A stretch of DNA of 64,000 bases. It comes from an uncultured Chloroflexia bacterium (GTDB lineage Bacteria; Chloroflexota; Limnocylindria; QHBO01). Under the pieces are notes generated by a model, which was not told the origin of the DNA, made no database searches, and saw only the letters and a list, made by a program, of their open reading frames with translations. Shown here piece after piece: positions 16,954 to 26,852 of the stretch. Each line of letters opens with the position of its first letter. The first letter of the stretch is position 1. Both the position numbers and the translations under genes were made by a program. The stretch lies in NCBI GenBank assembly GCA_963814375.1, contig CAWFCQ010000008.1, positions 160,001 through 224,000 on the forward strand. The letters are read 5' to 3'.

Positions 16954-18708
16954 TTAAAACGAGCCGGATCCGCCTCCGCCACCGCCGCCTCCGCCACCGC
17001 CGAAGCCGCCTCCTCCACCACCGCTCGAGCTCGACGCGCTCGAAGGCGGCGACGACCCCACGCTTCCGAGCGCGTCGAACATGCCGCCGATGTCGGGGAT
17101 GGCCGATCCGGAGAAGCCGCTGCCCGATCCGTAGATGGCGCCGCCGGCGAGCCCCGCCGCCGATCCGCCGCTCCACGCCGACGATGAGGACGAGCCGCTC
17201 GATCCGAGCCACATCGGGTAGTACGCGCCCTGCGGCGACCCGGTCGCCTCGCGTTGCTCCTCCAGGCCCCGGGCGAGGACCTCGGAGACCTCGTTGTGGA
17301 GGCCGAGCGCGAGGCCCCACACCACCGCCTTGTCGGGAGTGTCGGCCAGCTTCGCGATCTCCGGCTGCTGGACCACCTCGCCCATGTTGCGCGCCTGCTC
17401 CATCGTCTTGGCCAGGGTGCGTCGGTAGGCAGTCAGCATGGCATCGACGTACGCGCCGCTCTGGGTGCGCTGGCTCATGGCACGACCGAACGCGATCGTC
17501 CCGATTCCGCCGAGCACCAGCGCGCTGCCCAGCATGACCGCGCCGCTCATCGGGATGATGATGCCGAGGCCCACGATCCCGGCGCCGATGACTGCGATGG
17601 CGATGCCGATGCCGGTCATCCGGGCGATCGAAGGCCCCGGCATGCGCGCCAGCCAGCCGAGCCTGACCGCCTCGTACTCGAGCGCGCCCTTCACCGGCTC
17701 GAGACTCGAGTTCAGACGCCACAGACGCTCGCGGCTGAGGCTGTTGGACTCTCCAGCCAGCTGGCGAATCCTGTCCCACGCCTCGTTCTGCGGCTTGCCG
17801 ATCGGCTTTCGATCGTCGTCGCGGTTGACCACGATGGCCGGATCGGTGAGCGGATCCGGCTCGTCGTCGCTCTTCATGCCGCGCACGTTCTCGATGTTCA
17901 TCAGCTCGATGCGGCCGCTGGAGGCGAGCTCGACCAGGGTGGTGTTGATCGTGTGCTGGTCTGCTCGGCCCTGCCGGATGACGGTGGCGAGCGCCGGGGT
18001 CATCTCGGCCGGAGGGCCGGCCATCAGGATCGACGGCGAGTCCACAAGCTCCGGGTCGTCGCCCTCTCGGCGCCAGCGCCGCCAGGCGAGCCCGAGCGTC
18101 GCGACCAGCGCGATCGGGGCCGCGATCAGGCCGAGACCGGCATTCACGACCCGCATCGTCTCGATCCGAGCACGCCCGTCGCCGGTCACCCGGCTGTCGA
18201 CCTCGGCGATCGTGGCGAGAGTGGCGCCCTCGAGGTCGCCGTTGAGCGCCGCAGGGACGAACTCGTCGCTGACGATCTCCTGGAGCGCCTCCTCGTCGGC
18301 GTAGGCCGCCAGGAAGCCGGAGCCGCCGTACAGCGCGACCTTCCCGTTGATGAGGTTCTCCTCGAGCCCGACCATGAGGACGAGCCCGTCGTCGAAGCCT
18401 GAGCGGCCGATGCCCCACTGGTCCATGAGCGCGCGTGCGTTCGAGAAGTTCATCTCCTCGCCCACGCCCGGATCGACCTGCGTGTAGACGACGACCTCGG
18501 CTCCGGATCGCGCCTCGATCCCGTCGATCGTGCTCTCCAGCTGTTGCTCGGCCGCGGGCGAGAGGATCCCGGCCGTGTCGTAGACCGCCTGGTCGAGCAC
18601 CGGCTCGGGGAACGGCGGTCCGGCCGCGACCGCGACGCCGGCCGTCAGCGCGAGGAGCCCGAGCGCGCCCGGGAGCGCGCGAGCGCTTCGATGCATGCGC
18701 CGCAGCAT
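16954..18708 (-). CDS. TPM-domain / DUF2207-like membrane protein with Gly/Ser-rich tail
   Basis: AVYDTAGILS...QWGIGRSGFDDGLVL (TPM); PPAEMTPALA, TLVELASSGRI; C-terminal GGGFGGGGGGGGGGSGSF. Start approximate. Confidence 0.8.
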   Translation of the reverse strand: MLRRMHRSARALPGALGLLALTAGVAVAAGPPFPEPVLDQAVYDTAGILSPAAEQQLESTIDGIEARSGAEVVVYTQVDPGVGEEMNFSNARALMDQWGIGRSGFDDGLVLMVGLEENLINGKVALYGGSGFLAAYADEEALQEIVSDEFVPAALNGDLEGATLATIAEVDSRVTGDGRARIETMRVVNAGLGLIAAPIALVATLGLAWRRWRREGDDPELVDSPSILMAGPPAEMTPALATVIRQGRADQHTINTTLVELASSGRIELMNIENVRGMKSDDEPDPLTDPAIVVNRDDDRKPIGKPQNEAWDRIRQLAGESNSLSRERLWRLNSSLEPVKGALEYEAVRLGWLARMPGPSIARMTGIGIAIAVIGAGIVGLGIIIPMSGAVMLGSALVLGGIGTIAFGRAMSQRTQSGAYVDAMLTAYRRTLAKTMEQARNMGEVVQQPEIAKLADTPDKAVVWGLALGLHNEVSEVLARGLEEQREATGSPQGAYYPMWLGSSGSSSSSAWSGGSAAGLAGGAIYGSGSGFSGSAIPDIGGMFDALGSVGSSPPSSASSSSGGGGGGFGGGGGGGGGGGSGSF

Positions 18709-18746
18709 ACCGACGCCGTCCGGCTGCGGCTCGTCCGCCGCGCGGC

Positions 18747-19205
18747 TCACGAGCAGCTGATCGTCACTGAGCCCGGCTCGGCCTCGAGCCCGGGGATCGT
18801 CTCCACCAGCTCCTGCGTCGCACCACCCGCGATCCGGTCGGTGATCGTGCTGCGTGTCCGTAGCCGCTCTCCGTCGGTGCCGAGCGCCACGAGGCGGCAC
18901 TTCGCCCGTCCAGGATTCGTCCCCTCGTTCGTCACCGCGTAGGTGATGGCATAGCCGACGGGCTCCGCCGGCGCCACGCCGCGCAGCTCGGCCGCGTACG
19001 GGCCGACGCCGCGGAGCGAGAGGCTCGCGGCGACCGCGAGGCCGGCCACCGCGAGGACGATCGCCACCACGATGGTGCCGTGGTACTGCGAGGCGGATGG
19101 GGTCGCCATGCCCGCCTGGTTGCAGACCTGGCAGATCGACTCATCGGGCCCGACCTCACGGCCGCACTTTATGCATCGGCGAAGCTCGCGCGCAGATTCC
19201 GACAT
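18747..19205 (-). CDS. zinc-ribbon single-pass membrane protein
   Basis: CIKC...CQVC at the N-terminus, one TM helix, extracytoplasmic beta-rich domain (VTNEGT...C...C). Confidence 0.7.
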   Translation of the reverse strand: MSESARELRRCIKCGREVGPDESICQVCNQAGMATPSASQYHGTIVVAIVLAVAGLAVAASLSLRGVGPYAAELRGVAPAEPVGYAITYAVTNEGTNPGRAKCRLVALGTDGERLRTRSTITDRIAGGATQELVETIPGLEAEPGSVTISCS

Positions 19206-19207
19206 CG

Positions 19208-19849
19208 TCAGCCGCGGGGTGCCGCGAGACGCTCGCCGGCCTCGATCGCGACCGGCAGCCAGTTCTCCTGCGGGGCGAGGGGGCACGACCACACCGAGTC
19301 GTAGGTGCACGAGGGGTGATAGGCGTAGTTGAAGTCGAGGACGAGCTCGTCGCCGTCGGCGCCGAGGTCCGCCCCCTTGGCCGAGTCCCACAGGTAGCGT
19401 CCGCCGCCATAGGTGTCGGTCCCGCTGGTTGCGTCGCGGAAGGGGATGAAGAGGCCGCCCGCGTAGTCGTTCAGCCAGAAGACCGAGAGTCGGCAGGGCG
19501 AGCCATCGACCATGAAGCGCACCCAGCCGATACGCGCGAGAGGAAGGTGCGGCCCGTCATCGGAGCGGGGGACGTCGAGGTCGGGCGCGGCGGGATCGGC
19601 TTCGAGGTGCGCGCGCAACGCGAGGGCGGGGTCGTGGCGGAAGTAGGCGAGGCCCGCGAAGTCCCGTCGCTCGTCGGCCGGGATCGGCGAGGATGGATGC
19701 TCGGCGAAGAGCCGATCACGCGCCGTGCGGAAGGCTATCGCCCGCATCGGCCCGGGACGCTCGTCCCGGCGGAGTGAGGCGTAGAGCTCGGCGACGCGAC
19801 GGCGCCAGTCGGCGAGATCGAGGTGGCGTGTGGGGGCCGTGGTCCGCAT
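19208..19849 (-). CDS. DUF1684 family protein
   Basis: HPSSPI, LFIPFRDATSGTDTYGGGRYL, LDFNYAYHPSCTY...CPLAPQENWL, AGER. Confidence 0.92.
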   Translation of the reverse strand: MRTTAPTRHLDLADWRRRVAELYASLRRDERPGPMRAIAFRTARDRLFAEHPSSPIPADERRDFAGLAYFRHDPALALRAHLEADPAAPDLDVPRSDDGPHLPLARIGWVRFMVDGSPCRLSVFWLNDYAGGLFIPFRDATSGTDTYGGGRYLWDSAKGADLGADGDELVLDFNYAYHPSCTYDSVWSCPLAPQENWLPVAIEAGERLAAPRG

Positions 19850-19872
19850 CGGCTCCCATGATGAACGACGAA

Positions 19873-19900
19873 GGGGCGGACCGGCGAACCGGCCCGCCCC
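19873..19900 (-). terminator. intrinsic terminator after the ABC substrate-binding gene
   Basis: Minus strand GGGGCGGGCCGG-TTCG-CCGGTCCGCCCC followed by TTCGTCGTT. Confidence 0.6.
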
Positions 19901-19920
19901 AAGGCTTCGAGAGGATCGGC

Positions 19921-20847
19921 CTAGTCCAGGCCGTTATCGGTCAGCCACTCGCTGGCGATGTCCTCGTAGCTCTCCTGCTCCGCGATGCGGAGGTTCAGCG
20001 CGGTGAGCTCCTCCGTGGTCAGCAGCTCGCTGACCGCGTTGAGCGCGCTGGCCAGGGCGTCCCCACCGGCGTCGGCCAGCTCCTGGGTCAGCACCGGCGC
20101 GAGGTTCTGAGCCGGCGCCAGACCGCCGTCGTCCTCCATCAGGACGAAGTTGAAGCTGGCGATCTCAGCCTGCGTGGTGCAGACCTGGGCCACGTCGATC
20201 GCGCCCTCGTTCAGCGCCTGGGCGATCTCGGCTCCGCACGGATCGAGCGACTCGGTGTCGAGCGTCGCGATGTCGATGCCGTAGACGTCGTTCAGGCCCG
20301 GGCCGCAGACCGGGTTCTCCGGGCATCCGGATGCCAGACCCCAGACGAGCTGATCCGCCACGCCGGCGAGATCGGTCATGTTCGCCAGGCTCAGCTCCTC
20401 GGCCGTCTCGCTGCGGACCGCGAAACCGTCGGCATCGGTCCCCGGCGAGAAGTCCAGCGCCGTCTGGCCGATCTCCTCGAGCGCGGCGACGAGGTTCGCG
20501 TGCGTCTCCTCGGCGTCTGACGAGATCTCGGCTTCGAGCAGGCTTGCGAGGCCGCCGAGGTAGTCGGGTGCCAGGTTGATGTCGCCGCTGTCGAACGCCG
20601 CGCGGACCGCGGGACGTTCACCGAGCTCCAGGTTTCGCTCGACCGTGAAGCCGTTTGCCTCCAGGGCCTGGGCGTAGATCTCGGCCACCAGGGCCGCCTC
20701 CGGGAAGCCGGCGGAGCCCATGGACACCTCCGGCAGGTCGGCTGACTGGCTGCCTGCCGACGGACTGCTTCCCTCTCCCGGCGAGCAGGCGCTGAGGACC
20801 AGCACCATCGTCGCCGCCCCGAGGGCGAGCGTGCGGTTGATCCGCAT
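19921..20847 (-). CDS. osmoprotectant (glycine betaine/choline) ABC transporter substrate-binding lipoprotein
   Basis: Lipobox LSAC; GSAGFPEAALVAEIYAQALEANG, PDYLG, LMEDD...PAQNLAPV. Confidence 0.9.
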   Translation of the reverse strand: MRINRTLALGAATMVLVLSACSPGEGSSPSAGSQSADLPEVSMGSAGFPEAALVAEIYAQALEANGFTVERNLELGERPAVRAAFDSGDINLAPDYLGGLASLLEAEISSDAEETHANLVAALEEIGQTALDFSPGTDADGFAVRSETAEELSLANMTDLAGVADQLVWGLASGCPENPVCGPGLNDVYGIDIATLDTESLDPCGAEIAQALNEGAIDVAQVCTTQAEIASFNFVLMEDDGGLAPAQNLAPVLTQELADAGGDALASALNAVSELLTTEELTALNLRIAEQESYEDIASEWLTDNGLD

Positions 20848-20959
20848 TGGGTTCTCCTTCTGTGCATGGCGAAGCCGGATTCAGCCTCGCCGGTGAGCGG
20901 CAGTCTACCGCAGGGTCCGGGTGGCCCCGACTTCGGTACGTGTCAAGTGGCGTGCCGGT

Positions 20960-21703
20960 TCATCGCTCGTCGACGACGACGGGGGCGAGCGTGCGATCTC
21001 GCATGCGCTCCGGCCCGGAGGGTCGCACGCCGGGTGAGACCGAGATGCGCTCGACCAGCGAGAAGGCGAGCTCGACCATGATCGCCAGGATCGCGACGAG
21101 GATGGCGGCGCCCACCACGCGGTCGAGGGCGCGGACGAAGATGCCCTGCACGATGAAGTCGCCCAGCGTCCCACCGCCCACGATCGCGGCCAGCGTGGCG
21201 GTCGCCACGATCTGGACCGCCGATACCCGGACGCCGGCCAGGATGACCGGGAACGCAATCGGGATCTCGACCTGGCGCACGATCTCGGACTCGCGCATCC
21301 CCATCCCGCGTCCCGCGTCGACCATGTCGCGATCGACCTCGCGCATCCCCGCGTACGTGTTCGTCACGATCGGCGGGATTCCGAGCGCGGTCAGCGCGAT
21401 GACGGAGGGAATGAACCCGAGCCCGGCCCGCCCCAGCAGGACGAGCGTGATCGGGAAGACGATGCCGAGCCATCCGACCGACGGCACCGCCCGCCCGATG
21501 TTGGCGACGGCGATGACGGTCCCGGCGGCTCGGCCGGTGTGCCCGATCCAGAGGCCAAGCGGGAGGCCGATGGCGATGGCGATGGCGAGCGCCGTCGCCG
21601 AGATCGAGAGGTGCTCCCAGATCCGCAGGAAGATCCCGTTGCGCTCATCGGTCCAGTTGTCCGGGTTCGACAGCCAGGCCAGTGCTTCGCCGAACAGCTC
21701 CAC
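20960..21703 (-). CDS. osmoprotectant ABC transporter permease
   Basis: ANIGRAVPS, PPIVTNTYAG, DAGRGMGM (EAA loop), ATATLAAIVGGGTLG. Confidence 0.92.
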   Translation of the reverse strand: MELFGEALAWLSNPDNWTDERNGIFLRIWEHLSISATALAIAIAIGLPLGLWIGHTGRAAGTVIAVANIGRAVPSVGWLGIVFPITLVLLGRAGLGFIPSVIALTALGIPPIVTNTYAGMREVDRDMVDAGRGMGMRESEIVRQVEIPIAFPVILAGVRVSAVQIVATATLAAIVGGGTLGDFIVQGIFVRALDRVVGAAILVAILAIMVELAFSLVERISVSPGVRPSGPERMRDRTLAPVVVDER

Positions 21704-21706
21704 CGG

Positions 21707-22375
21707 TCAGGCGCTCGCGTCGCGGGCGCGAGCCCACGGGGTCAGCCGGCGCTGGAGCCACTGCAGGCCGAGGTCCGCCCCGACGGCGAGCAGCACGCAC
21801 AGGATCACTCCCACGTAGATCGAGGTCGGGAAGAACCGCCGCGTTCCGCTGTTGATGATCAGGTAGCCGAGGCCGCCCAGCCCGATGAACGTGGTGATGG
21901 CCACGAGCCCCACGGTGGTCACCGTGGCGATGCGCAGCCCGGCGATGACCACCGGGACGGCGAGGGGAAGCTCGACGCGCAGGAAGCGCTGCCGTGGCGC
22001 ATAGCCCATGCCGGTGGCCGCCTCGATGGCGTCGGCCGGGACGTTGTCGAGCGCGACCACGATGTTGCGCACGAGGATGAGGAGCGTGTACAGCACGAGC
22101 GCGATGATGCCCGTCGTGAGCGTCAGCCCGGTCAGCGGGATGAGCAGGACGAACATGGCCAGCGATGGGATCGCGTAGAGCGTCCCGGTGATCGCCACGA
22201 TCGGGCCGTACAGCCACCGATAACGTCGCGCCAGGAGCGCCAGACCGAAGCTCAGCACGAAGCCGATGAAGACGGCGCCGAGCACCATGAGCACGTGCTC
22301 TCCCAGGCGCTGCCCGATCTCGTCGAGGTTGTCGATGATCCAGTCGATTCGGATGAACGGCTGGCCCTCGGTCAC
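21707..22375 (-). CDS. osmoprotectant ABC transporter permease
   Basis: LYAIPSLA, EAATGMGY, VELPLAVPVVIAGLRIA, GLGGLG. GTG overlaps the ATPase stop. Confidence 0.92.
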   Translation of the reverse strand: MTEGQPFIRIDWIIDNLDEIGQRLGEHVLMVLGAVFIGFVLSFGLALLARRYRWLYGPIVAITGTLYAIPSLAMFVLLIPLTGLTLTTGIIALVLYTLLILVRNIVVALDNVPADAIEAATGMGYAPRQRFLRVELPLAVPVVIAGLRIATVTTVGLVAITTFIGLGGLGYLIINSGTRRFFPTSIYVGVILCVLLAVGADLGLQWLQRRLTPWARARDASA

Positions 22376-23514
22376 GACGGGACCTCGACCCGGAGCCGGT
22401 CGCCGATCGCATCGACGCTGACGAGGCCGATCACCCGCTCGCGTCGATCGACGACCACACCGAGCTGGACGCTCGAGCCCAGCATCGCCGAGAGTGCGTC
22501 GCGCAGCGTTGTCTCGAGCTGGACCGTGGGTGCTCCGGGAAAGGCGGCATCTTCCTTGACAGGCCCGTCGCCGGCCAGCGCATGCCGATCGAGCCATCCG
22601 ACGGGACGCTCGTCGCCGTCGACGAGGAGCGCGAAGGCGAGCTCCGCGCTCCCATCGAGGCGCCCTCGGACCTCGGCCCGGTCCTCGCCGACGCGGACGA
22701 CGAGCGGCTCGATGAGATCCAGCTCGCCGACTCGAGCGAGCGAGAGGCGCTTCAGGCCCCGATCGGCACCCACGAAGCGCTCCACGAACTCGGATGCCGG
22801 GTTGGCCAGGATCTCCGCTGGCGTGTCGTACTGGGCCAGGATCCCGCCGCGCTCGAGGATCGCGATGCGGTCGGCCATCTTGATCGCCTCGTCCACGTCA
22901 TGGGTGACGAACACGATCGTCTTGCGGACCTGCTCCTGGAGCCGCAGGAACTCGTTCTGGAGGCGTTCGCGCCGGATCGGGTCGACCGCGCCGAACGGCT
23001 CGTCCATGAGCATGACCGGCGGATCCGCGGCGAGGGCGCGAGCCACGCCGACGCGCTGGCGCTCGCCGCCGGAGAGCTCGCTCGGATATCGGTCACGGTA
23101 GGCCGGCTCGAGCCCGACGAGGTCGAGCAGCTCGTTCGTCCGCGCGCGGATGCGCTCGGCCGGCCAGCGCAGGAGGCGCGGCACGACCCCGACGTTCTCG
23201 GCGATGGTGAGGTGCGGAAAGAGGCCGACCTGCTGGATGACGTAGCCGATGTTTCGCCGAAGCTCGACCGCGGGCAGGCTCATGATGTCGCGCCCATCGA
23301 TCGTGATCCGGCCGCTCGTCGGCTCGATGAGCCGGTTGACCATCTTCATGGTCGTCGTCTTTCCGCAGCCTGATGGCCCCACGAGGACGCAGATCTCTCC
23401 GGCGGGGATGGTGAGGGTCAGATCGGTGACGGCCTCGGGGGTGCCCGGAGGGCCGTATCGCTTCGTGACGTGCTCGAAGGCAACGACCGCCCCGGCCGCG
23501 TCAGCGTCCTGCAT
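22372..23514 (-). CDS. osmoprotectant ABC transporter ATP-binding protein (C-terminal CBS-like region)
   Basis: GPSGCGKT, YVIQQVGLFPH, LSGGERQRV, LMDEPFGAVDP, VTHD. Confidence 0.95.
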   Translation of the reverse strand: MQDADAAGAVVAFEHVTKRYGPPGTPEAVTDLTLTIPAGEICVLVGPSGCGKTTTMKMVNRLIEPTSGRITIDGRDIMSLPAVELRRNIGYVIQQVGLFPHLTIAENVGVVPRLLRWPAERIRARTNELLDLVGLEPAYRDRYPSELSGGERQRVGVARALAADPPVMLMDEPFGAVDPIRRERLQNEFLRLQEQVRKTIVFVTHDVDEAIKMADRIAILERGGILAQYDTPAEILANPASEFVERFVGADRGLKRLSLARVGELDLIEPLVVRVGEDRAEVRGRLDGSAELAFALLVDGDERPVGWLDRHALAGDGPVKEDAAFPGAPTVQLETTLRDALSAMLGSSVQLGVVVDRRERVIGLVSVDAIGDRLRVEVPS

Positions 23515-23538
23515 CGGCCAATTCTAGGGTCAGCAAAC

Positions 23539-25524
23539 CTATCGATCGGCCAGGCGCCAGATCACGGGTCCGCGGTCGTAGACGGGCTCGAACTGGGACG
23601 ACGAGCCGAAGTCGACTGGCTCGACGCAGGGCTGAGGGCGGGCGCCGTCGATCACGTGGGTCGCGCCGAGCTGGCGCATCAGATCGGCCGATGCGTCCGC
23701 GTCGCCGCCGCAGTAGATGGTCATGACCTGTGCGATGCGCTCGTCCGGCCCGAAGCCCAGGTTGGCGATGTAGGCGCCGAAGGTCGTCAGCCGCCTTCGG
23801 CCGGCGGCGTCGGTCAGCGAGTTGACCCAGCCATCGGTGACGAAGACGGAATCAGCCGGCGTGTTGCTCGCCACCCAGCGAGAGGCCGCGAGGTCGGTCG
23901 CGCTCATGACCTGGAGGTTGCTCGTCGCCGTCCAGCCCGCCACCAGCAGCGGGGACGGCACGCTGAGCGCGATGACGACCGCGACCGCGGGCAGGGGCCA
24001 TCGACGCATGAGCCAGGCCGCGAGCACGGCGACCCCGATCCACATGGCCTGGAAATACTTGTTCATGTCGAAGTCGACGACGCTGACCTGCACGATGTTC
24101 GGGATCGCGAACAGCCCGATGACCCACGCGGCGAGGAAGGCGCGGTGGGGGAGCCGCGGGACGAAGATGGCGACGAGGGCGAGCACGAACGGCAGCCCGA
24201 GGTTGGTCAGGTAGAAGAAAGCGACCGCCCACCCGCCGTCGACGAACGGCGCCGACTGCCATCCCGGGACGAGCTTGAGCGAGCCCGATCCGGCGGCCTG
24301 GACGAGCGGCGCGAGGAGGAACGGAAGCGCGAGGAGGTAGGGGCCAAGGAACGCGGCCGCGTTGCGCGGGGCGTCGCGGTCGACGAGCCGGCCGCCGGTC
24401 ACCACCCAGGCCAGCGCCAGCAGCGGGACGGCCGGGAAGAAGAAGAAGTGGAACGGCGCCAGCAGCGCGCCCAGTGTCCCGGCCAGCACGAGCAGCATCG
24501 GCCGGTCGCGCCAGCCGGCAAGGCGAGCGCGCGCCGTGGGCAGGCCGGCGACCACGAGCAGGATCGCGCCGGCGACGATCGGCAGTCCCGCGGTCGTGGC
24601 GCGGTGGGCCAGCAACCCGGTGCCCATCACCGATGGGATGCGGAAATACGGCCAGCCGGTCAGCCACTGGTTGTCGTAGCTGTTCTGCGCGACCAGCTCG
24701 AGCCCGTCGCCCATCCCGGCCGAGAGGTCGCCGATGAATCGGACGTAGCCGAGCCCGCCGGCGAACACCGCCAAGGCCGCTGCCACCGTCGCGATCCGCA
24801 CCGCTCTTGGGCCGCGCAGCAGCCGGCGCGCCAGGGAGAAGACGATGAGCGCCAGGGCGCCGCTCAGCAGGGCGGACTGGACGACCATGGCGGGCACGCT
24901 GAACAGCTGCGCCGCCTCCGCCAGGATCGCGGCGTGGAAGTCCGCGAACCAGTGGTATACGAGCGGCGCGCCGGCGAAGTAGGGGACCTCCGGCGGGAAG
25001 TTGGCTCCGGCGTTGAGCGTCTCCGCGATCGAGAGGTGGACCCCGAGGTCGCTCCAGTTCGAGCCCCCCGAACTGACGCCGAATTCGTCGACGCGCCAGA
25101 TACCCGCAGCCAGTGCCCCGCCGACCACGAGGGCAGCGAGCCCGGCAACGACGATCGCGCCGGCCTGCCCGCGCCATCTCGAGTCACGGGGTGAGATCCC
25201 GACGCCACGCCAGGCGGCGTATGGAATCGGCGTCGCCAGGACGGCGGCGGCCGCGAACACGACGCCACGGCTGTAGCCACCGGCGAGGTGGGAGAGCCAG
25301 TAAACGAGGTGTGTCGACACCGCGACCGAGATCACGATCGCAAGACCAGCACGGCCGGCTGTGTCGATCCTGGGCCGCGCGAGCGACACCGCCGCCAAGC
25401 CGGGGAGGAGCAGGAGCGTGGGCCACACGACCGCGACGGCCAGGAGCGGGAAGAGCCAGGCGAGGACGAGCGCGATGGCGACGGCCAGGCTGGTGAGCGC
25501 CGCACGCACGGCTCGCGGGGTCAT
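23539..25524 (-). CDS. polytopic membrane protein, probable GT-C fold glycosyltransferase
   Basis: More than 12 TM segments. First extracytoplasmic loop WSDLGVHL...NFPPEVPYFAGAPLVYHW. C-terminal soluble domain (WVASNTPADSVF). Confidence 0.6.
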   Translation of the reverse strand: MTPRAVRAALTSLAVAIALVLAWLFPLLAVAVVWPTLLLLPGLAAVSLARPRIDTAGRAGLAIVISVAVSTHLVYWLSHLAGGYSRGVVFAAAAVLATPIPYAAWRGVGISPRDSRWRGQAGAIVVAGLAALVVGGALAAGIWRVDEFGVSSGGSNWSDLGVHLSIAETLNAGANFPPEVPYFAGAPLVYHWFADFHAAILAEAAQLFSVPAMVVQSALLSGALALIVFSLARRLLRGPRAVRIATVAAALAVFAGGLGYVRFIGDLSAGMGDGLELVAQNSYDNQWLTGWPYFRIPSVMGTGLLAHRATTAGLPIVAGAILLVVAGLPTARARLAGWRDRPMLLVLAGTLGALLAPFHFFFFPAVPLLALAWVVTGGRLVDRDAPRNAAAFLGPYLLALPFLLAPLVQAAGSGSLKLVPGWQSAPFVDGGWAVAFFYLTNLGLPFVLALVAIFVPRLPHRAFLAAWVIGLFAIPNIVQVSVVDFDMNKYFQAMWIGVAVLAAWLMRRWPLPAVAVVIALSVPSPLLVAGWTATSNLQVMSATDLAASRWVASNTPADSVFVTDGWVNSLTDAAGRRRLTTFGAYIANLGFGPDERIAQVMTIYCGGDADASADLMRQLGATHVIDGARPQPCVEPVDFGSSSQFEPVYDRGPVIWRLADR

Positions 25525-25565
25525 CGGCAGCGGATCATACGACGCCGACCTAGACTGGCCGCCGA

Positions 25566-26264
25566 ATGCTGGCCTCGCTCGTCCGAGTGCATCCCTACGC
25601 GCTGCTGGCCGCGGCCTGCGCCGTCGCCTTCATCCTCCTGGCGGTGATGGTGGGCGCCGGCCTGACCGATGCGTTCGACGCCGCGATCATCGAGGCGATC
25701 CGGGCGCCGGAGCTCGACGCCGTGCTCGCGCCACTCGCGACGATCACAGAGCTCGGTTCGACATGGGCGATCGTCGTGGTCGCCGCCATCGCCTTCGCGC
25801 TCGGGGTCGCCATCGGCCCGTGGCGACACGGGCTCCTCGCCGCCCTGACGATCCTGGTCGCCTCCATCGTGGTCAGCCTGGTGAAGGTGAGGATCGCCCG
25901 CGATCGACCCGAGCTGCTGGAGCCGATCATCGTGGAGCACGGCTTCAGCTTTCCCTCCGGCCACGCGACTCTGTCGATGGTGGCGTACGGAGTGCTCGCG
26001 GTCCTCGTTGGCCGCACGAGGCTGCCACGTTGGCTGCGATCGGTCGTGATCTTCGGCCTCGGCATTCTCGTCGGGCTGATCGGGATCTCGCGCGTCTGGC
26101 TGGGGGTCCACTACCCGAGCGACGTCCTCGCCGGATGGGCCCTCGGCGGCGTGGTCGTGATCGGCTATGCGGCCCTCAGCCGCCGCGTGTCGCCTGCGCC
26201 AGCCGCGGTAGCGGTTGACGCGGATCCAGCAGCGCCACGATCCGATCGACCTGTGGTGGGGTGA
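25566..26264 (+). CDS. PAP2 family phosphatase
   Basis: KVRIARDRP, SFPSGH, SRVWLGVHYPSDV. Confidence 0.93.
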   Translation: MLASLVRVHPYALLAAACAVAFILLAVMVGAGLTDAFDAAIIEAIRAPELDAVLAPLATITELGSTWAIVVVAAIAFALGVAIGPWRHGLLAALTILVASIVVSLVKVRIARDRPELLEPIIVEHGFSFPSGHATLSMVAYGVLAVLVGRTRLPRWLRSVVIFGLGILVGLIGISRVWLGVHYPSDVLAGWALGGVVVIGYAALSRRVSPAPAAVAVDADPAAPRSDRPVVG

Positions 26265-26742
26265 GCACGTCCTCGGCCGAAACGAGGCCAGCGAGACGTC
26301 TCGGGTCGGCCTCCGCGGCGAGCCCGACCTCGTCGCCCGGGGCGGCGGAGATCTCCGCATCGTCGGGTGGGACGAGGATCGGCAGCACCGTGGCCGGGAG
26401 GCCGGCTCCCTCGAGCACGAGGCTCAGACGTCGCGCGGCGAGGCGGGCGGCGGTGATCGGCGCGGCCTCCCACGGCACCCACGACTCGGTGGATCGGTTC
26501 CAGCGATACCAATGCCCGTTGCGCCGCGTGAAGCGGCCGCGCTCGCTCCCGATGGTCAGGGCCCACGTGCCGCCAGGCCCGACGAGGACCGCGTCCACCG
26601 GCTCGATGCCGGACGGCGCAACCGATCGGAACCAGTGGTAGTCGTCGTCCAGGCGCTGGCCGAGGGCCGTGCCCAGCCGGTCCGGCGCCGGCAGTCCCGG
26701 GATGCCCAGGCGGCGCGTGCGCGTGGTTGTGTGGTTGATCAT
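26176..26742 (-). CDS. NERD-like nuclease-related domain protein (degenerate)
   Basis: [11 protein letters not shown]...[17 protein letters not shown] resembles NERD IDHxxxGPxGxxxxExK but lacks ExK. 3' end overlaps the PAP2 gene. Confidence 0.55.
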   Translation of the reverse strand: MINHTTTRTRRLGIPGLPAPDRLGTALGQRLDDDYHWFRSVAPSGIEPVDAVLVGPGGTWALTIGSERGRFTRRNGHWYRWNRSTESWVPWEAAPITAARLAARRLSLVLEGAGLPATVLPILVPPDDAEISAAPGDEVGLAAEADPRRLAGLVSAEDVLTPPQVDRIVALLDPRQPLPRLAQATRGG

Positions 26743-26852
26743 GTGAGCCGCGTTTCCCAGGTGCGGAAGGCGTCGATTGGGCGTTTGCGAGTGTAGCGCG
26801 CGCTCGACATCGCGCACAGGCGATCGCCAGGCCAGGTCCTATGATGCGGCCC

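Noticed and set aside
16954-17060. (CCG/CCA)n-like repeats
   Set aside because: They simply encode the Gly/Ser-rich tail typical of TPM/DUF2207 proteins.
20942-20957. Sigma-54-like CGGCACG-CCAC-TTGA upstream of the ABC substrate-binding gene
   Set aside because: The invariant -12 GC is GA, and a TAGACT -10 box nearer the gene explains an internal promoter.
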